In this document: positions 1 to 8,117 of the stretch, piece by piece
How positions within the stretch are numbered: the stretch's first letter is position 1
Layout of the letters: every line of letters begins with the position of its first letter
DNA from: Oligoflexus sp.
Lineage (GTDB): Bacteria; Bdellovibrionota_B; Oligoflexia; Oligoflexales; Oligoflexaceae
DNA length: 27,147 bases
Assembly: GCA_041736305.1 (NCBI GenBank)
Contig: JBGSTX010000177.1
Coordinates: 1 to 27,147, forward strand
Reading direction: 5' to 3'
Position numbers and translations under genes: made by a program
The notes under the pieces: generated by a model
What the model was told of the DNA's origin: nothing
Database searches by the model: none
What the model saw: the letters and a program-made list of their open reading frames with translations, nothing else

Positions 1-1
1 G

Positions 2-91
2 AAGATGAACTCGCCGGAATCTCTCCTTGAGGATGCCGACAAAAAGTTGTACCAATCCAAAACGGGTGGCCGCAACCGGGTGACCATCTGA
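2..91 (+). CDS. C-terminal fragment of a GGDEF (diguanylate cyclase) domain protein; begins before the window
   Basis: My translation of frame 2: KMNSPESLLEDADKKLYQSKTGGRNRVTI*. It matches the GGDEF C-terminal motif ADxxLYxAKxxGRNRV. TGA at 89-91. Confidence 0.85.
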   Translation, partial: KMNSPESLLEDADKKLYQSKTGGRNRVTI

Positions 92-122
92 ACGCTGCTC
101 TGGACACGGGGAATACACAGCT

Positions 123-722
123 GTGAAGCGAATCAAAAACGCCTCTGCTCACCTAGCATTCGCTCTGAGCCTATTGAGTGGTTCTCTGCTCACGGCTTGC
201 GTAAGCTCTCCCGAACCCGAAATCTCGCACCCGCTAAACGCTCTCGACGATCCCGATTTCGCGCCGATCTTGAAGGCCGTCACGCAGCACTTCGACGTCA
301 TCGAGAATTTCGAAACGAAATATCAGGTGCACATCACGCATCTCACGCCGCCTTTTCGTGAGTCCATGTCGCGCCGCTATGAGCGTATTTTCGGTGAACC
401 CTTGACCCAAGTCGCCGAGGCTAGCCAGAAGGTTGGATTCTTCGTTACGCTCTTTACCGGCAACCGCGACCTTATCGATTTGGACAATAAGGATGTGTGG
501 ACGATCAAGCTCGAGAGCGGCGCGACTAAACTCGACCCCAGCCGCATCGAACGCCTGCGTCCCAAGGAGCGTTGGGCACCCTTTTTTCCCGATATCAATA
601 AGTGGAGCCAGGAATATCTCGTCCTCTTTGATCTTCCTCCCAAAGGCTCGCAAGGCGACGCCAAATCCGATATTTTCTTCAATATGAACTCACCGGCGGG
701 CAGCATTCGCTCTTCTTGGTGA
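123..722 (+). CDS. Hypothetical lipoprotein (199 aa)
   Basis: GTG start after GGGGA. Basic N-terminus, hydrophobic stretch and lipobox LTAC (Cys26). No recognised family. Confidence 0.75.
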   Translation: MKRIKNASAHLAFALSLLSGSLLTACVSSPEPEISHPLNALDDPDFAPILKAVTQHFDVIENFETKYQVHITHLTPPFRESMSRRYERIFGEPLTQVAEASQKVGFFVTLFTGNRDLIDLDNKDVWTIKLESGATKLDPSRIERLRPKERWAPFFPDINKWSQEYLVLFDLPPKGSQGDAKSDIFFNMNSPAGSIRSSW

Positions 723-825
723 TAAAGACAAAAGCACTTTTCACGCGGCGTTCCCAATTGCCAGATAGAACTAGCGTTTTCCTCTGCTCTCTGGCAAATC
801 CCCTAAAGCCATGTCAGCCATGCAT

Positions 826-856
826 TTGACACCCATCACCCTAAGCTTGCTAAAAT
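826..856 (+). promoter_or_regulatory. Putative sigma70 promoter for the gene at 917
   Basis: TTGACA at 826-831 and extended -10 TGcTAAAAT at 848-856. The 19-nt spacer is longer than ideal, but the TGn extension could compensate. Confidence 0.45.
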
Positions 857-916
857 AGAGGCAGGCAGCAGAAGCACGTCTATCGATGACGCTCCTAACC
901 TTATTCGGGGGTATGT

Positions 917-1366
917 ATGTCACGCTATGAGCACCATGATATTTTGATGGAATTGATCGAACTCTGTCATGAGCAAAGATCCGACATACTCCAGCAGCTC
1001 AACTATTATCGAGCCAGCGTTTACAAGACTGAAACGGCTCAGCTCATCGAAAGCAAAATCAGCGAAATGCAGCTCGTCGCCGCGCTGATCGGCGATGAAC
1101 TCCTGCAGGACGTCTTCAACGACTACGAAGCAACGCGGAAATCCGGGCAGCTCCTCGTCGCTCCTGGCGAATGCTTGCTCAGCACGCGCGTGACAAATCT
1201 CTTCCAATCGTGCGAGAAGATTTTTCAGAATCTCGCCGGCGAGATGCATCTCAAGCAACCCCTTGACCGCAGGCAATTGTCGAAGAATGTTCAGAAGCAC
1301 CGACGCCAACTCCTCTCGATGTGCCGCCAAGGTACCCGTCCCTGGGCTTTTTTCAGCTCTTTTTGA
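917..1366 (+). CDS. Hypothetical protein (149 aa, predicted mostly helical)
   Basis: ATG after GGGGG purine tract, natural protein composition, upstream promoter candidate. No motif recognised. Confidence 0.7.
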   Translation: MSRYEHHDILMELIELCHEQRSDILQQLNYYRASVYKTETAQLIESKISEMQLVAALIGDELLQDVFNDYEATRKSGQLLVAPGECLLSTRVTNLFQSCEKIFQNLAGEMHLKQPLDRRQLSKNVQKHRRQLLSMCRQGTRPWAFFSSF

Positions 1367-1474
1367 TCATAGGTAGGCGAAGCGCGCCGTTCCTTGCTAT
1401 TCTAAGTCCTTCCGTGCCTGCCGCCTATGCTGGGGCCATGGGTGGGGCTTCCTCTTTTTAAACGGTAGCCGAGG

Positions 1475-3778
1475 TTGCCAGACATGCCTTCTTTCGCACT
1501 CCACCGCGCAGGTCACCGTCTTCCGCCTTTCATGACCTTGGGCATCGCTCCGCTTCTTGCAGCCCTCCTGCCGCTGCTTCTGCCGATCGCACGTAATCTC
1601 GAATATGAATACGTTACGCTGGCTTCCTATCTGGTGCTCCTGCTCTTCCCACTCCTTGCGCTCACCGCCGATGTGAAGCTGCGTTATCCTCGGCAGCAGT
1701 GGATTATAGCGGCCTTTGCCGCTAGCCTTATAAGTCCTCTACCCGCATGGATTGGACTGAGTTCGAAGCTTTGTCTTTGCGCGCAGGACGATTTTTGGGT
1801 TTGGTGGCTCATCCAGTTCATCCCTCATTTTGCGCTCGGACTCGCCGCCTTTTTCTTTGTGCTGCAAAAGCGCCAGGCGGGGCATTCGCGGCGCTTCTGT
1901 AGCATAGTCCTCCTGAGCATTCTGGTCGTCCTCCTCCTCCAGCTCGGCTGGACTCTCTGGACTCTGCCCCAGAAACGGATAACCCATTTGCTGGCAGGAT
2001 TCATCCATGGGGCTATTTACGATAACTGGATTCCGCTCGACACCGGCATACTGCTGGCGAGGGCCACCCATTTTCTGCTTGCCCTCATTCTCTTGACTCA
2101 CTTGCTAATAAAGCGTGAACCCTGGCGTTTCTGGCTTCTCGCCCTGCTGGTCTCGATCTCGCTTTTCACGTCTTTAAAAGCCAAAACTTACCCCAGCCAA
2201 AGCCAGGGGCTTCAGGCGCTGGCCGAACTCATGCCTAGCAAAAAGACCGGCGAGCGCTTCACGATCCATTACCGAGAGCCTACCTCAGAGGCCCAGCGGC
2301 TGCACCTCGAAGAACTCTATGCCGCGACGATCTTTCATATGAAGGATCTTGCTGCGCAACTGCTGGTCTACGACACGCATGTACACATCTTCGTCTACCC
2401 CTCGCGCGAAGACAAAAAGCTCTGGTTTGGTGGAGACGGTACAGATATTACCGACGTCGTCACCCCATCGATCCACATCAATCTTGAAGCGTGGCCACAC
2501 CCGACCCTTCGTCACGAGCTTGTGCACGCACTGTCCTCTTCCTTCGCCTTTCATGGCCTTGGCTTTCATCCTAATCTGGCTTTCACCGAAGGTTTGGCTG
2601 TGGCACTGGCTCCGCTTGAAGAAGATATTTCCTTGCACGCCGGAGCTGCAAGCCTCGTCAGCAGCGGTCGCCTTGCGCAGCCGACGGCTTTGTTTTCGCC
2701 TCTCTTCTGGAGTCAATCGGGAAGGAGGGCTTATACCGTAGCCGGTTCTATCCTCAAATTCCTCATCGATCGCTACGGCATTGCTAAGGTGAAAGAACTC
2801 TATGGAGGCGCGAGCTGGCAGGAAGTGTTTGGGGCTGAATCAGGCCCTATTCTCAAGGACTGGGAAAAATTCCTCAGAGAACGCTACCCGGCCCGAGAGG
2901 AGACCATCACCGCCGAGGCCCTCTTTCGCTATCCGGGTATCCTCGATGATATCTGTCCTCACAGCAAGGCCTTGCTCGCCAAAAGCAGCGGCGAGCCTCT
3001 GACCCAGTGGCGACAACCGAGCGGCTGGATACCCAAACACGACTACTGGCCTTGGCGCCTCAAATTAAGCCAGGATCCTGACGTTCGGCTCTCTGCACTG
3101 CAGGAAGAGGTCAATCAGCTCTGGGAATCATTCACGCCCGCCAAAGCCGAAAAGCTCTTCGCACGCCTCGACCAGCTCATACTCGATCCGCCTCGGGCTA
3201 TCGAAGATATTGAGACTTTTATCTTGCGTATAGACCTGCTGGTGGCTCTCAAGCGCTATGAGGAGGCAGCCGCCGAGATCAAGGATTATCAGAAGGTTCT
3301 GAGCTCCTACCAGATAGGTGATGGGCTGGTGCGCCAGCTCTGGGTGCGCTACTTGCTCCTCATCGAGCCAGATGCTGAAACGCGCCCTTGGCTCCGGTTT
3401 TTGGCTGGCATAGACGCGAGCACGCCGCGTTGGAGGCAAGGACAAAGCCGCTTTGTGACGCGCTATCTCTATCTGAGGAATTATAATTTTGGTCCAAGGC
3501 AGCAGAAATTTCTCGAGGGGCTGGCTCAGCTCGAGCTAGCAGAAGGATTGCCAGACACCTTCGGAGTCGAATGGCACCGATCGCTGGGTGTGCAGTGGAT
3601 GCGGGGAGGATTCTATCATCGAGCTGCCGAAGCTTTCGCCAAGGCTAGCGAGCTAGCTCCTGAAGGCAAGCGGGAGGCCTTGACCCTCTATGTTCTGGAG
3701 GCCAAGGCTCGCGATAAAGAAGCCCGTTCAAGTCAAAACGAGGAAAAGGCCAGGGCCGTTGGAGATAGCCCGAACTGA
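1475..3778 (+). CDS. Multi-pass membrane protein fused to a gluzincin (peptidase MA/M1-like) domain with a TPR-like C-terminus; true start may be ATG 1484 or 1532
   Basis: About 7 hydrophobic segments in the first 235 aa. LRHELVHAL (HExxH at 2513-2527) is followed about 20 aa later by FTEGLA (third Zn ligand). Helical-repeat-like tail (GFYHRAAEAFAKASELAP). Confidence 0.75.
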   Translation: MPDMPSFALHRAGHRLPPFMTLGIAPLLAALLPLLLPIARNLEYEYVTLASYLVLLLFPLLALTADVKLRYPRQQWIIAAFAASLISPLPAWIGLSSKLCLCAQDDFWVWWLIQFIPHFALGLAAFFFVLQKRQAGHSRRFCSIVLLSILVVLLLQLGWTLWTLPQKRITHLLAGFIHGAIYDNWIPLDTGILLARATHFLLALILLTHLLIKREPWRFWLLALLVSISLFTSLKAKTYPSQSQGLQALAELMPSKKTGERFTIHYREPTSEAQRLHLEELYAATIFHMKDLAAQLLVYDTHVHIFVYPSREDKKLWFGGDGTDITDVVTPSIHINLEAWPHPTLRHELVHALSSSFAFHGLGFHPNLAFTEGLAVALAPLEEDISLHAGAASLVSSGRLAQPTALFSPLFWSQSGRRAYTVAGSILKFLIDRYGIAKVKELYGGASWQEVFGAESGPILKDWEKFLRERYPAREETITAEALFRYPGILDDICPHSKALLAKSSGEPLTQWRQPSGWIPKHDYWPWRLKLSQDPDVRLSALQEEVNQLWESFTPAKAEKLFARLDQLILDPPRAIEDIETFILRIDLLVALKRYEEAAAEIKDYQKVLSSYQIGDGLVRQLWVRYLLLIEPDAETRPWLRFLAGIDASTPRWRQGQSRFVTRYLYLRNYNFGPRQQKFLEGLAQLELAEGLPDTFGVEWHRSLGVQWMRGGFYHRAAEAFAKASELAPEGKREALTLYVLEAKARDKEARSSQNEEKARAVGDSPN

Positions 3779-3789
3779 GCGGCTGACGA

Positions 3790-4182
3790 TCAGGTCTCAG
3801 CCTTGAAACTGCGATTATTGGAGGTATCGGCGTTGTACATACGCGGTAGCTCTTTGGCCTTGCGGATAAGATGGGCCTGCTGATTGCGCAGATACTGAAC
3901 GACTTTCTGATTGGTCGGATCGACTTTCAACTTGTCGATGCTCAATTGGATGTCGTTGATCTTCTCAACGTCGTTTTCCTTGCGATAGATATCATCGAGG
4001 ATCGCGTTGAAGGTGGTTTTTTCCTGCTCGTTCAAGCCGGTGGTGTTGGCATAACGGTGGAACTTGTTCACCGTCATGGGCTCGGTGTCGATGAGCACGG
4101 TGCCATCTTCTTTCTTTTCCACCACTACTCCAGGATTTGTGTAAATCCCTGATTTTGACACTAGATCACCAATGTTCGTCAT
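3790..4182 (-). CDS. Hypothetical protein (130 aa), paralog of the adjacent gene
   Basis: ATG preceded by GAGGAAGGG. Gap-free alignment to 4200-4571 (see findings). Confidence 0.8.
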   Translation of the reverse strand: MTNIGDLVSKSGIYTNPGVVVEKKEDGTVLIDTEPMTVNKFHRYANTTGLNEQEKTTFNAILDDIYRKENDVEKINDIQLSIDKLKVDPTNQKVVQYLRNQQAHLIRKAKELPRMYNADTSNNRSFKAET

Positions 4183-4199
4183 ACCTAACCCTTCCTCGC

Positions 4200-4571
4200 T
4201 TAAACCTTGGTTTCGTCGATACGATAGCTGCGCGGGTTGATGCCTGCGCTGTTCATCACATGGGACATTTCGCTTTCCAGATAACGGGTGAGGACATGCC
4301 TCTTCGGATCTTCCTGCAGGGTTTCGATCTGCCCCTGGAGCCAGCTGACTCGCTCGGCGGCACCAGTCTTCTCCCGCATGGTCTTTATGATGGACTGAAA
4401 TTCCTGTCTTTCCGCTGGTTTAAGTCCATTTATGTAACCGATGGCTCGGGTTTTCTCAAACTCCTCGCCTTCCGTTTCGATTTCCAACGCTGCGGATTTA
4501 GGATCTCTGCCCTTCACCACTCCGGGATGGCCATCGCGGTTGAAGTAGGAATCGCCCACCTTTAAGCCCAT
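4200..4571 (-). CDS. Hypothetical protein (123 aa), paralog of the adjacent gene; start revised to ATG 4571
   Basis: GGAGG lies just upstream of ATG 4571 (MGLKVGD...), and this start aligns with the N-terminus of the paralog. Confidence 0.8.
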   Translation of the reverse strand: MGLKVGDSYFNRDGHPGVVKGRDPKSAALEIETEGEEFEKTRAIGYINGLKPAERQEFQSIIKTMREKTGAAERVSWLQGQIETLQEDPKRHVLTRYLESEMSHVMNSAGINPRSYRIDETKV

Positions 4572-4772
4572 GAATCCTCCCCTGAGTCGACTTCCAACCC
4601 TAAAGATAAACGTTTTTTCCATGAGTCTCAATTCCACGGAATGATTAAGTTTTTCCTAGCTCGAGCAGGCATCTTTTGCCGAGCTCTCAATAAGGAGTCA
4701 AGAATAGCGGGGAAAATGCCGATATCCCTTTTAATGTCAAAGAGAGATGACTGGACAGACAGAGGATAAAGT

Positions 4773-5135
4773 ATGGGTGATCTGATAAATCTACGGGGGT
4801 ATAGGACGCAGAAGAAGCGCTCGTACAAGAAAAAATACGAGCACCATATCTCGAAGTTCGTGACCCGCTTCATTAATAGCCACGTCCGTTCCAGCATCGA
4901 TACGATGCGGAGCTACTATATTGCAGGCCGCTACAGCGAGCAGGCTCAGGCCTGGGACTACTACGATTTTAGGGAAGCTCTCAAAGACGCGATCGACGAG
5001 GTTTTTGGGCAGCAGCTGTGGGAAGAGTGCCAGCGCAACTACTGGTGCGATACACGCTACATCTCCAGAGATGAACTCCTTGAATGCTTCGTAAGCCAGC
5101 TGGTGCTAGGCACTTTCGCTTCAGCCATGCCCTGA
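4773..5135 (+). CDS. Hypothetical protein (120 aa)
   Basis: ATG after GAGGA. Basic N-terminus (MGDLINLRGYRTQKKR), aromatic-rich helical body. No family recognised. Confidence 0.7.
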   Translation: MGDLINLRGYRTQKKRSYKKKYEHHISKFVTRFINSHVRSSIDTMRSYYIAGRYSEQAQAWDYYDFREALKDAIDEVFGQQLWEECQRNYWCDTRYISRDELLECFVSQLVLGTFASAMP

Positions 5136-5155
5136 AGCTCTCTCGAAATTAAAAA

Positions 5156-5419
5156 TCAAACTTCAGAATTAAGTGGGGCAGCTGGGCGCGGGGGCGGCAT
5201 GAGATTGGCTGCCGCAGAGCGGACCTTGTCATCTGGCTGGTAACCCATGACCAAACCTTCGGCGATCTCACGCAAAGCAGTCACAGCTTCTTTATTCTTA
5301 GTTTTCACCAGGGGAGTCTTGCCTTCCATCAGCTGCCGCGTCCGATGGGAAGCAATGGCCACCAAGGCAAAGCGGTTTTCAATATACTGAAGGCAATCTT
5401 CGATAGAAACGCGCGCCAT
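5156..5419 (-). CDS. rpoZ: DNA-directed RNA polymerase subunit omega (87 aa); start revised to ATG 5419
   Basis: MARVSIEDCL...NRFALVAIASHRTRQL...NKEAVTALREIAEG is the classic omega signature. AGGAG RBS precedes ATG 5419. Confidence 0.96.
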   Translation of the reverse strand: MARVSIEDCLQYIENRFALVAIASHRTRQLMEGKTPLVKTKNKEAVTALREIAEGLVMGYQPDDKVRSAAANLMPPPRPAAPLNSEV

Positions 5420-5609
5420 GTAGCACTCCTCTAAGGATCCGAAAAGGTAAACATCATATGGGAAAGGATGAAATGAGTCAATCCAGAGATGTAAACAAAA
5501 CAGCTTAGCACAGGGAAACTGTCTTGCCAAGCTAAGCTCCAGACTTAACTGCCACATCGACTCAATGCTACAATATAGGAGAACATTCTTTACGCCGTGC
5601 CGGGGATAT

Positions 5610-7271
5610 ATGAATCTTCGTCCTAAAAGCGCCATTTTGGCTTTCTCGCTTTCGGCCCAGATTCTATGTCTGCTTGCCGTTACTCCCGCAGCGGGAAGCC
5701 CTAAGCGTTCTAGTCGACTGCCCGCCGCTTTAGTCAGGCCTTACCAGAAAGCTAGTGAGCTCTTCGATGAAAAGAAGTTCGAAGCGGCTCTCGAACAATT
5801 CAATCAAGTGATCGCCAAGCAAGCCGATTACATGCCCGCTAAGCTTTTCGCGGCGCGCTGCCTCTATCATTTGAAGCGAAACGCAGATGCCTTCAAACTC
5901 TTCCAGCTGGTCGATGCCGAAATATTTGACCCCATATCTAATTATGAAGCGGGTCAGACCGCCTATAGTCTTGGCAATTTTGCGTGGGCTGCCAGCGCTT
6001 TCAAGCGGATTCCCGAAGGGCATTCCCTCTTCGATATGGCAGGCTACTACGGTGGTATTTCTGCCTTCAAAGTAGGCGATTTCGAGACTTCGATCATGCT
6101 CTTCGAGCAGGCCGTGGTCTTGCCTTCAAAGTTCGTCAAGACGCAGCAGGCCTACCTTCGCGAAGCAGAACGTCTGCAAGCCAATCGTCTGCGCCTGGAA
6201 CGGGAAAACAAGGACAAAGGTCGGGATAAAGAGCAGCCGCCCAAGCCCGAACCCACCGTCAGCCTCAATCTTCCCAACGTAGCTATGGACGTCAGCAGCC
6301 AAGAGCGCAGCTACCGCTTCTTACGGCCAGTCCGCAGCGTCGAGCTCCTGCCACGCGTCAAGCTCCAGGAGCAGGAGAAGAACGCGAATAGAGGCGTAGA
6401 TAGCTTTGTGATTACGCGCGAGGAAATCGGTCTAAATATGGGTTTCAGCCACGAAGATTCGGCCCGGTCGGCTCACTATGTTTTGCAGGCCAGGGGAGCT
6501 TTCTATGGCTTGCAGGGCAGCGGGCGGGAAATTCCGCTCTTCGCCGACGTCAGGCGCGAGCAAGAGATCTATGCCATCAGCAAAGAAGCACCGAAGACCG
6601 TGGTTTTTTTGGAAGGCGACGCCGGGATCGAGTGGCCCATCCGCGATACCCACACCCTCGGACTTAACTTCGGCGTCTACTCCCATATGCCGAACCATTA
6701 TAAAGTGGGGAATCTTTTTTCGCCTTGGGGTGGTGTCTTTTATGGGCAGTCGACCCCGAATATCGAAGTCCTGCTCAATGCCCAATTCCACCTTAGTCTA
6801 GACGACGAAAAAGTTGTGAAGAGCACAGGCAAGCAGGGCATCTACCTAGGCTTCGCTCTCCCCAGCAGCATGCGGCTCAACCTGCAGGGTGAATTCTACG
6901 AGTTTTTCTACGAAAACGACAAGTCGCCCACACCTACCGATGGTCCGGAGTGGACGACGCGGGGCAGCGCGGAAATCGGCTATCAAAAGGATTCCTTCGG
7001 CATTTTCGTTGGTGGAATCTACGAAACCAGCAACAAACTGCGCTTGCATTATATTCCCGACACCAAAGCCGTCGAGTTCAGCACCGAGCTGCAAGGCCTC
7101 ACAGTCAGGTCTGAATACGAATTCTGGAACGTTATGCGTCTAGGCGCAGCTCTGATGGATGTTTCGCGCACACCTTTCGAGATCAAGGAAAATGAAGCGG
7201 CGATACGCTCCTACTATCTGCCGAGAATCCGCGAGTACAACGTCTACATCAATCTATTCGATAGCTTTTAA
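5610..7271 (+). CDS. Exported TPR-repeat protein with a probable C-terminal outer-membrane beta-barrel; start probably ATG 5610
   Basis: Signal peptide MNLRPKSAILAFSLSAQILCLLAVTPAAG. About 4 TPR-like repeats, then a charged/Pro linker, then amphipathic aromatic-rich strands ending in EYNVYINLFDSF (terminal Phe beta-signal). Confidence 0.7.
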   Translation: MNLRPKSAILAFSLSAQILCLLAVTPAAGSPKRSSRLPAALVRPYQKASELFDEKKFEAALEQFNQVIAKQADYMPAKLFAARCLYHLKRNADAFKLFQLVDAEIFDPISNYEAGQTAYSLGNFAWAASAFKRIPEGHSLFDMAGYYGGISAFKVGDFETSIMLFEQAVVLPSKFVKTQQAYLREAERLQANRLRLERENKDKGRDKEQPPKPEPTVSLNLPNVAMDVSSQERSYRFLRPVRSVELLPRVKLQEQEKNANRGVDSFVITREEIGLNMGFSHEDSARSAHYVLQARGAFYGLQGSGREIPLFADVRREQEIYAISKEAPKTVVFLEGDAGIEWPIRDTHTLGLNFGVYSHMPNHYKVGNLFSPWGGVFYGQSTPNIEVLLNAQFHLSLDDEKVVKSTGKQGIYLGFALPSSMRLNLQGEFYEFFYENDKSPTPTDGPEWTTRGSAEIGYQKDSFGIFVGGIYETSNKLRLHYIPDTKAVEFSTELQGLTVRSEYEFWNVMRLGAALMDVSRTPFEIKENEAAIRSYYLPRIREYNVYINLFDSF

Positions 7272-7291
7272 GCCTTGCGAGGAGAGATCCT

Positions 7292-7774
7292 ATGGATCGT
7301 CAGTGGATCAAAATTTTAGCAGAGTCGCAGCTGCAGGACGGCTTCTGGAAACCCAGCAATCCCGCCGCTGCGCGCGAACATTCGCGGCAGCTGCTGCAAC
7401 GGACGGTACTGATTCTTTTCCAAGAGATGAAAGAAGCGACTCTGGTCTTTAACGAACACTCGCGACGCGAGAAGAAACTCAGCATTTTCCCGGTCTACAG
7501 TAAGGAAAAAGAACTGATGACGGGCTTTGTCCTGGTCGTCGGCCGCCTCCAGCTGCAGCTGGCGCAGACCGAGAATACGCTGGAAGTGCTGCTGTCCCGT
7601 CTGCAAGGATTTCATCAGACCAGCAAAAAGCTTCATGAACTCAGCGCCCACGTCGACCCTTTCGGCGGAATCTCCTGGATCATGGACGAAAATTCGATTA
7701 TGACAGAAGACATGATCGCCAAGCAGCTGCTTCACGATCTCTGTCGAGAAGCACACGCGAGTGAATGGTGTTAA
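7292..7774 (+). CDS. Hypothetical protein (160 aa)
   Basis: GAGGAG RBS, co-oriented in the operon, protein-like composition. No assignable function. Confidence 0.75.
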   Translation: MDRQWIKILAESQLQDGFWKPSNPAAAREHSRQLLQRTVLILFQEMKEATLVFNEHSRREKKLSIFPVYSKEKELMTGFVLVVGRLQLQLAQTENTLEVLLSRLQGFHQTSKKLHELSAHVDPFGGISWIMDENSIMTEDMIAKQLLHDLCREAHASEWC

Positions 7775-7789
7775 AGTAGAGGCCTGTTG

Positions 7790-8089
7790 ATGAATATTCA
7801 GTTTCAGGAAAAAGATCGCCAGACTGTTCTTACGCAGATCAAAGATGCCATGGGCGACCGACAGCTGAGCAAAATGGTCAGCTTTGATTTTGTAGGCGAC
7901 GAAATGGTCGTCACCATCTCAAAGTTAGGGACCTCGACCCTCCATTTCAAATGTAGCCAGAATGTTCAGGGCACCCATTTTGTCTTGAGCAAGGAAAAAA
8001 TCGCGCTGGCCCATCGCCCCATGAAAGCTGAAGTTAGCGCCCGGGTTCTCAAGGTCATCGAGAAAGCCGGCGGGGTCATCCAAGCCTAG
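7790..8089 (+). CDS. Hypothetical protein (about 99 aa, alpha/beta)
   Basis: GAGG RBS; ATG 7790 (or TTG 7787). Tight operon spacing. Confidence 0.7.
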   Translation: MNIQFQEKDRQTVLTQIKDAMGDRQLSKMVSFDFVGDEMVVTISKLGTSTLHFKCSQNVQGTHFVLSKEKIALAHRPMKAEVSARVLKVIEKAGGVIQA

Positions 8090-8117
8090 ATGCCATCCCA
8101 AAAAACTGGGGAATAGT

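Noticed and set aside
5156..5419. rpoZ lacking gmk/spoT neighbours
   Set aside because: A stand-alone rpoZ is not unusual outside the classic model lineages.
5513..5530. Possible sigma54 promoter upstream of rpoZ (TTGGCAAGACAGTTTCC, minus strand)
   Set aside because: The -12 element is TTTC, lacking the invariant GC.
5420..5635. 72-aa N-terminal extension of RpoZ in the ORF track
   Set aside because: The family begins at MARV, there is an RBS before 5419, and the extension would overlap the divergent gene.
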